Shown here one piece after another: positions 27,453 to 40,206 of a DNA stretch of 64,000 bases. Position 1 is the stretch's first letter. Every line of letters begins with the position of its first letter. The DNA lies in contig CAXHJY010001273.1 of the NCBI GenBank assembly GCA_964016885.1, forward strand, positions 1-64,000, read 5' to 3'. The notes beneath the pieces are model-generated. The model worked only from the letters and a program-made list of their open reading frames with translations. It searched no databases and was not told the DNA's origin. The position numbers and the translations under genes were made by a program. Source of the stretch: Eledone cirrhosa (taxonomy: Eukaryota).

Positions 27453-27780
27453 CTTCTTCTTCTTCTTCTTCTTCTTCTTCTTCTTCTTCTTCTTCTTCTT
27501 CTTCTTCTTCTTCTTCTTCCCGAGAGGGTCGTGGGGGAAGAGTCCTCAAACACTCCTTCCAGCGGGTTCTGTTAGAAGCAACTGTCTCCAGCTGATCCGG
27601 CTGGATCCCCAAGCGAACCAGCCAAGTTCATGGATATTAGTCAACCCTCTTGCTCGGGGTCTACCCTGGGTCTCTCCTGCCGGTTGGTTTTGCTCATAAA
27701 ATCTGTCCATCGATTCTTTCCTGTGACATTCTACCACATGCCCATAGTATCGGACTGTGATCTCTCAATTCGGAGAAGTA
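27453..27780 (-). mobile_element. 3' remnant of an RTE-like LINE with (GAA)n tail
   Basis: Minus-strand peptides ..QGRPR.. and LETVASNRTRWKECL resemble RTE C-termini; (TTC)n at 27453-27519. Confidence 0.55.
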
Positions 27781-28013
27781 ACGACTCTACCAAAAGCAAC
27801 TCTCTGATCTCCGAGATACAAACATGTCCAGTGATTCTTTCCCGAGACATTCTAACCACACGTCCGAAATAGCGGAGCTGTGATCTCCCAATTCAGAGAA
27901 GTAGAGGATTTACACACATCTATTTGTATATGCGTTACAATTTACAATTTATGTACATGTTATGTTTATCGCAGGTCGAATTCTTTTTTATATGTTGGTC
28001 GATATTTGATAGT

Positions 28014-28084
28014 AACAGCTAAACCAATCACTTACACTAAACTGACCCAATTTGCACCCCCCCCCCGCAATTAAGAAATGCTTC

Positions 28085-28119
<35 letters not shown>

Positions 28120-28191
28120 GCAGTGGAAGCATTTCTGAATTGGTGGGGACAAATTGGGTCAAGTTAGTTGTAAGTGATTAGTTTAGCTGTT
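28014..28191. repeat. Inverted repeat centred on a (TA)n tract
   Basis: aacagctaaaccaatcacttaca..gacccaatttg..agaaatgcttcc versus ggaagcatttct..caaattgggtc..tgtaagtgattagtttagctgtt. Confidence 0.8.
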
Positions 28192-28430
28192 CGTTTCACC
28201 TGTTTAACTTGCTTCGTTTTTTTTGGGCTTCGGTGGCTGATAGCTTCATGGCCGCCGTTTTCAATTTGTTTCGCCTCTATAACCTATGTTTATAGCTCTA
28301 GTCTTCTTTTAGTCCATTGAGCGCTTGCCGCATATCTCGAAAATTGCGTTTCGCTTTGTTTTTGACCACTGCTGAAATTCGATCTCGCTGAAATTATACA
28401 TACATATATATACATATATATATATATATA

Positions 28431-28808
28431 TAAATGTAATCTGAGTTTTTTGAATATTAATAATTGTTTCTACTTTTGGCACAAGGCCAGCAATTATCCC
28501 AGTACATTACTGGTACTTTATTTTATCGACCCCGTAAGGATGAAAGGCAAAGTTAACCTCGGCGGGAATTGAACTCAGATCGTAAAGGGACGAATCGAAT
28601 ATTAATAACAACATTCGATTCGTTTGCAATTATACAAACAAGCCTCAATTTTATAGCCATGTCAGTAGAATGAAACCTTCATTCTTGTCAACACAAGAGC
28701 AAGAATGAAGGGTTCATTTTACTGACATGGCTATAAAATTGAGGCTTGTTTGCATAATTGCAAACGAATCGAATGTTATTAATATTCGAAAAACTCAGAT
28801 TACATTTA
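28431..28808. repeat. Long palindrome interrupted by a SINE
   Basis: Arms taaatgtaatctgagtttt..cattcttg / caagaatg..aaaactcagattacattta; centre ~28690. Confidence 0.88.
28464..28596 (-). mobile_element. 5'-truncated OK-like SINE with 12-bp TSD
   Basis: TSD gaatattaataa at 28452-28463 and 28597-28608. Confidence 0.88.
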
Positions 28809-28988
28809 TTGTATTCAGCCATGTAGAGCGAAAATGTTTTTTTACATATAAGCATAAGCGATATTCAATTTGTTGGTAATTCAACAAATATAAATGTTTA
28901 TTACTGATTCAAAGCACTCGACAGGTTTTTTGGAGTATAATATTCAATTATATTAAATAAATGGAAACTATATTTATAAAACCATATT

Positions 28989-29047
28989 TATTCTATTATA
29001 TATTTCAAGGGTACCAACACTTTGGTACGCTTTCATCAGATAAAATA
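28989..29047 (-). ncRNA. Minimal type I hammerhead ribozyme (inverted copy)
   Basis: Reverse complement tattttat CTGATGA aagcgtaccaaagtgttggtaccctt GAAA tatata atagaata. Confidence 0.68.
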
Positions 29048-29171
29048 CAAAGTTTGTTTTATAAATATTGACATAACCAGGAAAGAAGAACTTAATGGTT
29101 CAAGTTTTTCCTGGAAAAACTTCTTCTTTCCTGGTTATGTCAATATGTCAATATTTATAAAACAAACTTTG

Positions 29172-29232
29172 TATTTTATCTGATGAAAGCGTACCAAAGT
29201 TTTGGTACCATTGAAATATATATAATAGAATA
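29172..29232 (+). ncRNA. Minimal type I hammerhead ribozyme
   Basis: Stem I tattttat/atagaata; CUGAUGA 29180-29186; stem II gtaccaa/ttggtac; GAAA 29213-29216; palindromic AU stem III; AUA cleavage after 29224. Confidence 0.72.
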
Positions 29233-29499
29233 AATATGGTTTTATGAATATAGTTTCCATTTATTTAATGTCATTGTATATATATATATATATATAAACG
29301 TGTATTATTGACGATCGTGCGAAAAAAATACTCAATACCGAAGTAGAGTTTAAATATTCATGTAATATAGCTAAGTAGTTAGCCATGTTTCTCTGGAGTT
29401 TCACCATTACACTCGTAGTTTCATCCGACAAGATAATCCTTCGAATGCGCAGGTGAAATTCCAGAGCAACAAGGCTCATTGCCTAGCTATAATAAATGA

Positions 29500-29568
<69 letters not shown>

Positions 29569-29651
29569 AAATGTACTGGAAGCATGTTTAGATATAGATA
29601 TGGTATAATAATTAGTAAAATCCCAATAGAGACCCTACTTTCTTTCAGCTG

Positions 29652-29708
<57 letters not shown>

Positions 29709-30056
29709 TCTCTCTCACACACATATATATTTGAGCAGATGTTCATTCCAACATTATAAATTGAAAATACGAATGTGTTCCTCCTCGACTATTTTTTAAA
29801 GATAATAAGATTGTTCGCGTTTCCTTATCAGTATTTCATACTTAATTTGAATCTATAGCGTTCCTAAATCACATGTGTATTTTAACGTTTCGAATCATTC
29901 ACAGCTCCATCTTCAGAATCAGAATGGTTAAACTAGTGGCATATTGGTCACGTGTTTAACAGTGGTCGCAAAGTACCATGAGAGCGGTAGGAAATAGTGG
30001 ACACTCGATTTATATTATATTATATTATGATATAATATATTATAATATGTTATAAT

Positions 30057-30246
30057 TGTTTCTACTTTTGGCACAAGGCCAGCAATTACTCAGTGCATTA
30101 CTGGTACTTTATTTTATCGACCCCGTAAGGATGAAAGGCAAAGTTAACATCGGCGGGATTTGAACTCAGACCACAAAGGGCCGTAACTCTTTGCTGCAAA
30201 AAAGCATGGCGTCCGACCCTCTACCGATACTGCCAATCCACCGCCT
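30057..30246 (-). mobile_element. tRNA/Deu-domain SINE (OK-like), full length
   Basis: Match to 3915-4100; probable TSD ttataa(t/c)atgttataat at ~30040-30056 and ~30249-30265. Confidence 0.87.
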
Positions 30247-30311
30247 TGTTATAACATGTTATAATATAATATATTATGATATATTATATTATATTATGCT
30301 ATACTATAGAG

Positions 30312-30499
30312 CAGGCATGTCAAACTGAGGGTCCCTCGAGGGCCACATGAGTCACATATGTGTTGTCTGAGGGCCGCACATGACAACTAATTGCGCACAT
30401 TACAAATAATATTTTTTATTTTATATTACGCTCGCGCTGTAAACACCTTTGTGCGGGCCGCAGGTGTGCTTGTAAAGAGCCACATGTTTGACATACCTG
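30312..30499. mobile_element. hAT (Charlie-like) MITE
   Basis: TIRs caggcatgtcaaac / gtttgacatacctg; perfect 8-bp TSD ctatagag at 30304-30311 and 30500-30507. Confidence 0.88.
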
Positions 30500-30509
30500 C
30501 TATAGAGTG

Positions 30510-30895
30510 CGGCAACACGTCTGAGAAAACGAGTGCCAAGTATCAAGAACCTGTGCAGTAGTGCAGGGAGAAAGACATGGCTATTTCCCTTCTCACTCGG
30601 TATGGAAAATGTTCAGGAAGAGAGAAGGCTGCAGTTCGCAGGATGGGGGAGGTAACAGAAAGGACCTCTTGTTGGATTTGGTGCAGGAGAGAAGAGATAA
30701 ACTGGAAGCCAGGAGGCAAAGATGGGCATTAATTTGGCCAACACTGCTGACCCACCAGCATGAGGGTGTTGCAGTTATGGGTCATAACACCCAATGAACG
30801 TTGGACACCGTCTGATGACATCAACGCCTCCTAGCCAATGCTATGTTCACCGAAGGTGAATGGATGTGAAACATCTTGGAGATGTAAGTATACCT
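30510..30895 (+). mobile_element. Possible decayed 3' end of an RLE-type (HERO/NeSL-like) retrotransposon
   Basis: GAGGGTGT..AACACCCAATGA..CTGATGA pattern recalls HERO-type 3' UTRs; peptide FPSHSVWKMF resembles the end of an RLE domain; recognised from memory only. Confidence 0.35.
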
Positions 30896-31014
30896 ATATA
30901 CCACATCATAATATATTTTGGAGGTGGTGTGTTTGTAGTTTACGCACGCTGAGGGAAGTAACTCTGAGTAAGTCATGATGGTAGTGTTGGCGTCAGTGAC
31001 ACCATTTCACCGTT

Positions 31015-31200
31015 TGGATTGGCAGTATCGGTAGAGGGTCGGACGCCATGATTTGACGTATAGAGTTACGGCCCTTGGCATTCTGAGTTCAAATCCCGTC
31101 GAGGTCAACTTTGCCTTTCATCCTTACGGGGTCGATAAAATAAAGTGCCAGCAATGCACTGGGTAATTGCTGGCCTTGTGCCAAAAAGAAGAAACAACTA
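31015..31200 (+). mobile_element. tRNA/Deu-domain SINE (OK-like)
   Basis: ggattggcagtatcggtagag..gagttcaaatcc..gcctttcatccttacggggtcgataaaat..aattgctggccttgtgcc. Confidence 0.87.
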
Positions 31201-31666
31201 TGACTACCAACGTCATTTTTCTCAACTAAATAAATTGTTTTAGTAAAAGTTTGAAAGCGGGGACAGGGGGAGAAGTTCCAGATAGATCCTGTCAACAAAG
31301 TCTTCATACGGTTTAAATGCACAACAAGTCTCCAATATCCAAGTGGCTAAAGATGTCAGCAGAAGTGTACCCAGGAGTCATGACCTGGATGTGTTCCGGT
31401 CCCCTTAGAGTGTAAGACGTTAAGGCATGAATCACTTGCAAGAGGGGAGTTTCTGTTGTTCTGCTCTCTTGAGAGATTCTTACCACCATACACGCACACA
31501 CTTACTCTCTCTCCAACATACACACACACACATACGTAGGACCCCGAGTTCTAGCCCTGTGATAGTCATTTCTATATATTATAAAGATATGTATGTATAT
31601 ATGTATGTATATATGTATGTATAAATATATATATATACATATTCGTACAAAGAGAGAGGGAGATAA

Positions 31667-31712
<46 letters not shown>

Positions 31713-32073
31713 AGTGTGTGTGTGTGTGTGTGCCGTAAAGCACTAGTCTGAATATCGTATCTACCAATATGGCGGACATGCGAAATCTCATAGCCGCGCG
31801 TTCATTACAATGCCATCCATGCATATGAAATGTTGTTAAATAATTCAGAGATTTAGCAATTCACTGAGGAACTGGCAGTATAAATAGAAGTTTCACGTTT
31901 ACAGTATTTTATACAACAACAATAAGACTGCAACGTAAATTGTGTTGTTGTTGTTGTTAATGATAGTTGTTTTTCTGTAGTTGTATCTCTTATCTTTACT
32001 TTTGTTTTTCTTTCCACCATTTACTATTTGTATATCTGCCTGTCTGCTTGTCTGATGTCTGTCTGCCTGTTTG

Positions 32074-32110
<37 letters not shown>

Positions 32111-32342
32111 TTGTCTATCTATCTATCTATCTATCTATCTTGATAGAGTAAGACACGCTTCGCATCGGCTCCGCTATTCCATCGGGATTTACCCTTACTA
32201 TTGTAAGTACCGGATAAATTTTTTAGTGCAACACATTTGGAACACTAACCCCTGTTATTTAGGGAAACATTTTTGCATTTACCCCCTTTTTAGGGGGTAA
32301 AATAAATATCTATTTTTGCCGAAAAATTTCTTTCTTGGGAGC

Positions 32343-34175
32343 ATGGCGGAAAAGATGGCAGACATGTCTGCCATTAGCTCTGCCACGCCCCCCAAGTCTG
32401 AAGAACAAAAAATAATTACAACAAAATTAGACATTGAAACAAACAAAGAAAATGATAAAACAAATGTTAAGGAAAATGAGCAAACAGAAAACAAACAAAC
32501 AGAAAATAATACAAATAACGACAGGGCAACTTTCGCCCAGAAAACAAAACAATCCATTACATACACACCAATTGACCTAACTGCCGCCAGAGAAAAACTG
32601 GCCGAAGCAAAGAAACACATTGTTTTGGGGGAGAACGGAATGTTTTCCATTAACTCCCCCCCAGAATTCAAGAAAGCCAGAGCAGAAAACACAGTTCTCT
32701 ACAGAACTATACTCAACCAGACAAGAAAGCCAGCACAGCCCAGCCAAATGGAAATAGAGTTAGTCCTAAAAGACTATATGAAGAATATTCTCTTCATACG
32801 AAAGGACCGACTCTATGGCAGCATTTCGGTCCTAACAAGAGACAAAGAAACGGCGGAGAAGCTTTCCCTAAGCCCACTCTCATCGACAACATATAGCTTC
32901 TATCCCTCCTACATGGGTAGAAGAACACAGAGAGTAAAAGTAAAAACAATGCTGCCCACAATGGACTTCTGGTGGGCTATTGCTGGCTTCATTGATATGG
33001 GCGAAGACAATGCTGTCAATGGGGAAGGCAACTGGAGATGCGTTCCTGGGAATGGGCCTCGACATACTAGTCCAAATGAGGCCCGAAAGAATAGCACAAA
33101 TCCCGGATCGCATCTGGCTGGATGACCTTACCCCAATAGACATAATTGTAGAGGGGAGAAGACCAGCATGCTATTATGCATGGAAAGGGGACACGTTAAG
33201 GCTAACTGCCCGAAACGTATCCCCCAAAAAGGACTATTGCCCACACCCACCACAAACAGTACACCAACACCACCCACCTCCAAAAATACACTAATACCAC
33301 ACACAGCAAACAAAATACAGACACCACCAACCACAAACACAACACAAACATCACCACCACCAGCACCAAACACAAGCACGACACAAAAATCACCACCACC
33401 AACCACAACACAAACATCACCACCACCATCACCAACCACAAGCACGACACAAACATTACCACCACCACCACCACAAAACCCATTCCAAACAAATAATAAA
33501 AAAAACAGTAACAAATCTACCCCTCCCGCAAAAAAAAAACAACCACACAACACGTCCCTCCCACCTAGCGCTGAAGAGTTTCCCCCAACTTCTGAAGAAG
33601 AAGGAGGAGAAGCCTTCAGACAAGTTAAAAGAAAAAAAAGAAAACACACACCCAGCACACCACAAATAACCCACACACAAACACCAACTCCAATCAAAAA
33701 CACCCCACCCTCAACAAACAAAAATAAATCTACGCCTCCCCTCTCCGAAACATTGACAGCATCACAAAAAAAGACGTTGCAATACACATATATAAATAAA
33801 GAAAACAAAAAACTGGTTAAATTAATAAACAATAACCCTATGGTGCAGACCGAAGGGCCAAACTTTATCTCAACAGAGAACTTCACCCATTTAAAAATGA
33901 TAAAGGTCCCTCTGGACCTTTATCGTTCCTTAAAAGAACAATTTAGACGGGACGTGAGCCCCCCCTGTTTAAAACCGTTGAATCGCGTCCTCTTGAAAGA
34001 TTTCCCCATAACCGCCCCTCTCCCTGACACAACTCCAAATACCCCAACCCCACCACACACGTGTACCCCCACACCACCATAAAACATCCCTCCACCCAAC
34101 ACACCTGATGCCATGGAAATTACGCAACCCGGAGAGGTAAGTGCTTTTCTTTCTTCACTTTCAACACCAAAATAG
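32343..34175 (+). pseudogene. ORF1 of copy B (frameshifts near 33010 and 33175, premature TAA at 34080)
   Basis: ENGMFSINSP, YMGRRTQ, VEGRRPAC / CMERGHVKANC zinc knuckle, CLKPLNRVLLK, MEITQPG shared with copy A. Confidence 0.85.
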
Positions 34176-34180
34176 ATCAA

Positions 34181-37100
34181 TTGAGAGTTGGCTGTTTGAA
34201 CGCGCGTGGCCTGGGCTCAGCTTGGAAGCAAGCAAAGCTTCTAAGTGACCTCAGGTCACAAAGTATAGATGTGATGGTTGTTTGCGAGAGTCGGATCAGC
34301 AGCGTGAGACAGCTGGCGCCCGCCTTCGATGACTTTGAGATGCACGCATCTCTCTGTCAACCCGGAGGCGGGGGGGGGGGGAGTTGCCGTACTGCTGGAT
34401 AAACGTCTGACTCTCGACGTACAGATTGTTCACTCGGACCCGGGGGGTCGATTACTGGTGCTGGACGTCGGAGGCGGTGAAGGCGGGGCTTTCAGACTGG
34501 TCGGTCTTTATGCTCCCTTCGGGGCGGAAAGAGCCGACTTCTTCCAGCGTCTGGAGACTTTTCTAGGAACGTCGCGTTCCCTGCTTTTAGTGGGGGACTG
34601 GAATGGAATCCTAGATGCGCGTTGGGACTATGCAGGGGCATGTCCCGATAGAGGGGGGTGTAGCAGCCTCAAGGGGTTACTCGATCGATTCGACCTGGTC
34701 GATAGATTTCGACTAGATTGTCCAACTGCGCCAACCTGGACCTGGGCAAACCGCAGTGGACAATCTAGATCGTACCTAGATAGGTTTTTGGTTAGGAGTA
34801 AGGATAGGGACGTATTTAGTTGTCCAGAACTGATCATGGTTGGCTATTCAGATCACAAATTAGTGACCTGCGTGGTCAACCTTGATAGAACGCATAGACA
34901 GGGTCCCGGTTACTGGAAGATGAACTTGTCCTTACCGACAAAGAAAGATTACAGAAACCGGATTAGTAGCTTAGTTAAGATGCGGTTGACGGGAGCGATC
35001 GTCAACAGTAGGTGGTGGGTATCTCTAAAGAGAGAGATTAGAGTAAGTTCGATAGGTTACAGTAAGGAACTAGCGGCGAATAGAAATAGGAAGGAAAGGG
35101 AGTTAACAGATAAACTAGAAGAGGCGATTAGGAGCGGAGACGTAGCCAGAGTGTTAGCGATGAGAACGGCATTGAGCCAGTTCTTTGACGCGAAGCACGA
35201 AGGCTGCGTTGTCCGAAGTAAAATACGTGCTTTAGGAAACGAGGGGACCAAAGCTGTTAGCTGGGCCCGCGTGACAGAAGCCAAGAGTGGGATTAAATCC
35301 ACCATTCGGTCTTTGCGAGACCAGGATGGACGGGTGATCCTTGAACCTGAACGAATGTGCGAGACCTTTCAAAGGCACTTTGCTCGACTGTTCGGAGGTA
35401 GCGGGGGGCCGGACGGGGATGTGGACTTCGGTCCATACCTCGACGGTCTACCGCGTCTTTCGAGCGGCGAAGCGGAGTGCTGCGAAAGGCCAATCACAGC
35501 CACTGAAATCGGGGAAGCGCTCAGCCAATGCAGCAGACGCAAATCCCCGGGTCTCGATGGTCTACCATACGAACTTTATTTAGCTATGCCGGTCATGTTC
35601 TCCGAACTCCTCGAGGCTGTCTATTGCAACTGGCAACAGAACGGGAGAATTCCCTGTTCTGTGACCAAGGGCGTGGTCACGCTAGTGAGGAAGGACGAGA
35701 GCAAGGGGGACGACTTAAGTAACTTTAGGCCCATAACTCTGCTGAATGCAGAGTTACAGATTTTGGCCAAGGTGTTGGCGAAGAGGTTGGCGCTTGTGGT
35801 GGGTGGTTTGGTGGGAGACGCGCAGACATGCGCTATCCCGTCCAGGTCCATTCACGACAACCTCCACCTCATGCGATACATCATAGAGAGGGTTGGCTAC
35901 AAACCCGGCTTTGGTGGGGCCCTGATCAACTTGGATCAATCTAAGGCGTTCGATAGGGTCGACCATGGTTACCTGGATGCGGTGCTAGCGGCGGCGGGCT
36001 TCGGACCCGTTTTCAGGGGCTGGATTTCTGCCATGCACAGTGGCAACATCTACTCTAGGATTAAAGTAAACGGCTACCTCTCGGAGCCGTTTCAAATCAC
36101 CCGATCCATCAGACAGGGGTGCCCCCTCTCCTCCCTTCTGTACGTATTGACTCTCGAGCCACTGCTGCGGAAGTTGGAGTTGCTGCGGGGCATACCCCTG
36201 GAACCGGGATTGCACAAAGCGGTCTCGGCCTATGCCGACGACGTAACAGTAATGGTGGCGGACGCCTCGGAAATCGGGGCGATCGCCACCCTACTGGAGG
36301 AATACGAAAGGCTGACGGGGGCTAAGCTGAACCAGGACAAGTCAGTCGGTTTGCAACTCGGAACGTGGAGGGGCAAACCGATGCCGTTAGACGGTGTCGT
36401 CGGGCGGTGGACGGAGGGCCCGGTGAAGCTGCTCGGGGTCTGGTTCGGACCGGACCTCCAGGTGGAGAAGAATTGGGGCGAGGTGACGAGCAGGGTGTTT
36501 GCGCTGACCCAGAAGTGGGCCAAGTGCAAACTATCACTGAAAGGTCGGGCGGAGGTGACGAACGCTTACATAGCGTCCGTCATCTACTACCGCCTGACCG
36601 TCGTGCCTTGCCCCAAGGAAAAGCTCACCATCATGGAACGCATGCTCTTCCAGTTCCTCTGGAAGAAGCGGCCTCCCATGGTGAGGAGATCCATCTGCTG
36701 CCAGCACCCTTCGAAAAGAGGGCTGGGTATGCCGTGGCTGTTGATGCGTAGGCACGCATTGAGGCTACGGCATCTACAGGTATTCCTCAACGGTCAGCCG
36801 GTGTGGGCCCCGTTTGTGAGGCGAGCCTTCCCACAGCTCGTCTCGCTCACCGAACTGCAATCCTGGGTGAAGCAAAGACCGAGAAAACTGGGCAACTGGC
36901 ACACCGAGTGTGCCCAGGCGCTCACGGCTATCTGGCAAGCGGACCCGACTGTCAGTGGAGAATCCACCTCGACATTCTATAGAGGGTTGGTGGCTAGCAG
37001 GGGCGACGACACCCTTGGAGAGTCGCTAGGCATGGAGGAGGACGAACTGGCCAGCCTGTTCGGTAGAACTTTCGGCCCGGGACCCATGGACAACTTCCAG

Positions 37101-37613
37101 AGGTCCCTAGCCTGGCAGTGTTACCGGGGGGCTCTGCCCGTTCGAGAAAAGCTCTACAGACACGGGCGCCCGGGCAGGGATCCAGCGAAAAAGATCTGTC
37201 CCAGATGCGTGCGCGACGAGGAAACCGTTGCGCATGCACTGGTACACTGCCCGGGCGTTGCCGATCTGTGGGGCTACGTCGAACGACTGCTGTCGCGTGT
37301 GGCGCCGATTCGATTAACCGCCGAGTCTGTGGTGAACATCAAGCCGCCTCCTCCCTTCAGAAATGAAGCAGAGGCGGTCTTTCTGTGCGTAATAGCCATG
37401 ATGAAAGAGGTTGTGTGGTGGACGCGCCTGAAAGGTCTGAGGTCGGGTGACTTTCTCTCCGGCCATCACCTGGTTTACTTCTTCCGATACCACTTCGGAA
37501 GAAGAATCAGGATGGAGAGAGAAGTGCTTGGTCCCAGACAGTTTTATGAAAGGTGGGTGAAAGAAGCGAGAATGGCCCGTGTAAATGGGCCTTCTCTCTA
37601 CATTGTTCTGTAG
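34181..37613 (+). CDS. ORF2 of copy B: APE endonuclease, reverse transcriptase (YADD), C-terminal zinc finger; one frameshift in the G-run at ~34370-34381
   Basis: LNARGL (34181 frame) then 1094-aa ORF with GDWN, SYLDR, SDHK, KSPGLDG, LDQSKAFDRV, RQGCPLS, AYADD, CPRCxxxxETVAHALVHC. Confidence 0.88.
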
Positions 37614-38689
37614 GTGAAGAAGTGAAGAGGAAAGGGGGAGCGCCTCCTCTCTGGGCTTCCCCCGCGAAAAGAGTTGCACACTTTTCGGGGGTATGTGCAA
37701 TCCCCAACACGCCCCCTCCCTTTTGAGGACTTTTTATTGTTATATTATTATTGTTATTCCTTTTTTCTTTACTCGATTTATGTAAACTGCCCCACTGTGT
37801 AAATGTCCCCTTCTTTTGTGCCCTCGTGGCAAATAAATAGAAATTTATCTATCTATCTATCTGTCTCTCTGTCTATCTATCTATCTATCTATCTATCCGT
37901 ACATTTGAATACTCTGAGAAATTAACTCACAACTTTCCCAGCGTCCCTTCCCTTTCACTCAAATATACAATCCTTTCCACCTCATTAAAAATAAAACTGA
38001 ACCCCTCATCATATTGCATATAAACCCATTTAAAATATCTTTATCCGTATTGTATACCTCTTTATTCTGAATTACACTGTGTTAGTATTATCACTAAACC
38101 AAAGTCCTAATATTTTTCTAATTTCTAGATAAAGTGAGACCTTAAAGCTTAGACAAAAATAAAAAGGGAAAAATAGGTCCGATTTCCTTGTGAGACGTCG
38201 ACATCAAAATAATTACATTAAAAATTATTTGAAGACCGTGAAATTAAGAAGCAATGTATTTAGGTAAGTTATTTATTTATCTCAGTTGTTGGGTTTGGGT
38301 TTTATTTTTTACTTTAATTTTTTACTTTAAGTTTTCTTAAAAACTAAAAGAAAAAAAAAGAAAAAGAAAATAAAAAAAGATAAAAAAGAAAGGAAAATGA
38401 AAAAGAATATATCTGCTAAATTATTATTCAATGTGCCCTTCCTTGTTATTGTGGCTTTTGCTGTGTCACAAGTGAGACATTGTGTATCTAGGAGTACATT
38501 ATTCAATATGTCCCATATTGTACCGTACGAGTATGTTTTTGAGAAAATCATAACTGCTATTTCTAGTAAGACAAGTACATATTTAAAAGCTCATTCGCGA
38601 GGTCACAATGGGATGTGGTTCGGGTGGACCACAGTTCACCTAGGGCTAAATAAACAACAGCAACTCATAATTGTATTTTCGTTATACTT

Positions 38690-38960
38690 CAAGTTCTTCA
38701 CACATCCACTGATGCAAATCCTTGGACACTTCATCACTATTGGTGTTGTATGCCGGAGCCATTGGGTGTGTCGGATCTTACAATATATTCCCTCATCCAG
38801 GTGACCCGAAGTCTTGGACACATCATCAGCGTTATATCCTGGTCTTACAGTATATACCCTCATCCAGGTGACCCTAATCTTTGGACACATCATCAGCGTT
38901 ATATCCTGGAGTCACTGGGTATTTCGGGTCTTACAACCTAACACCCTTCACCCAGATATC
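38690..38960. repeat. Degenerate tandem repeat (~70-100 bp)
   Basis: Recurring ttggacac(a/t)tcatca..gtta and ccctcatccaggtgaccc blocks. Confidence 0.65.
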
Positions 38961-39344
38961 TCGACTGATCGTTGATCGAACATCATCCGAAATCCAAGTG
39001 ACATATTACTGACCCTCAACGGTCACTTTTCAGCCACAGCCATCTAGATACTTTCTCTGTTGCTTCTACATTGTCCTTGATGGCTCGTCTCCAGCTTACT
39101 ACCATAATGTGTAGGGTTTCATAGGCTTTAATAAGGCAACGACCTGTTAACCCTCAATTACCCACTGGCATGAATCTGGTCTTTCACTCGTTCCAGTGGC
39201 AGCTCTAATCATCTAGATATCTTCTCTGCTGATTCTACGTTTTATTTTAAAATTATTCTTTTCCTGCTCACTATCGTAATGTCTACAGTTCTATAGATTT
39301 ATACTTGAGGGAACGACATATAAACTCTCGACTGTCAACCCTCA

Positions 39345-39782
39345 CTGGCACACACCTCCTGTCATCCATTGACATACACCTCTGGTCCTTCACTGACAAA
39401 TACATTGTCCCTTATTGGCATATATCTCTGGTCCTCCATGACATACACCTCTGGTCCCTCACCGACATACATCTCTAGTCCCCCTGTCATACACCTCTGA
39501 TCGTCCTTTAACACCTTTGGTCCTCCATGACATACACCTCTGGTCCTCCATGACATACACCTCTGGTCCCTCACCGACATACATCTCTAGTCCCCTTGTC
39601 ATACACCTCTGATCCTCCTTTGACACCTCTGGTCCTCCTCTGAAATCCATCTCTGGTCCTCCATGACATACACCTCTGGTGTCTCACCGATATACATATC
39701 TAGTCCTCCTCTGACATCCACCTATGGTCCTCCATGACATCTATCTCTGGTCCTCCATGACATACACCTCTGGTCCTCCCCT
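39345..39782. repeat. 23-bp minisatellite
   Basis: tgacatacacctctggtcctcca units with variants; one more unit at ~40105-40125. Confidence 0.85.
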
Positions 39783-39784
39783 GC

Positions 39785-40090
39785 CAGAGGCGTAACTAGG
39801 GTCGGGCAAGCATGACACGTGCCATGGGCGCCACATGAAGGGGAGGGGTGCGCTACTTGGACTAGGAGCATGTTCTATTATAGTCAAATAAGGCTTGCTG
39901 GAGAGTGAAAAAAGAAACTTCTTCAGATATATGATCTGTCTCTGATTATCATGGCTGAGAAACACTATGGTGGCTGGATCATTAAACCATTTATATACAT
40001 TATTAAGCCTCCATAGGTAAAAATACAGTGCTGGGCAGGGGCGCAATTTCACTGCTTGCCATAGGTGCTATTTTCCCTAGTTATGACATG
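39785..40090. mobile_element. MITE (PIF/Harbinger-like TIRs) inserted in the minisatellite
   Basis: cagaggcgtaactaggg / ccctagttatgacatg imperfect TIRs; the repeat resumes after it. Confidence 0.55.
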
Positions 40091-40206
40091 ACTCTGTCCA
40101 TTGCCATACACGTCTGGTCCTCCACGTCTTGTGGCAGTCTTTTTCACCGGCACTTGGTACTCTGCACTCTTCGTTTCTTTCTTGTGCCTACACCCGAGGA
40201 AGCAGT

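Larger units (their letters stand above)
28952..29269. mobile_element. Inverted pair of Penelope-like pLTRs (palindrome) with two minimal hammerheads
   Basis: ~135 bp arms; each contains tattttat-CTGATGA-aagcgtaccaa..ttggtacc.tt-GAAA-tata(ta)ta-atagaata. Confidence 0.75.
32141..37845 (+). mobile_element. Tx1/L1-clade non-LTR retrotransposon, full length (copy B)
   Basis: ORF1+ORF2, collinear with copy A; (TATC)n at ~32075-32140 and ~37846-37897. Confidence 0.93.
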
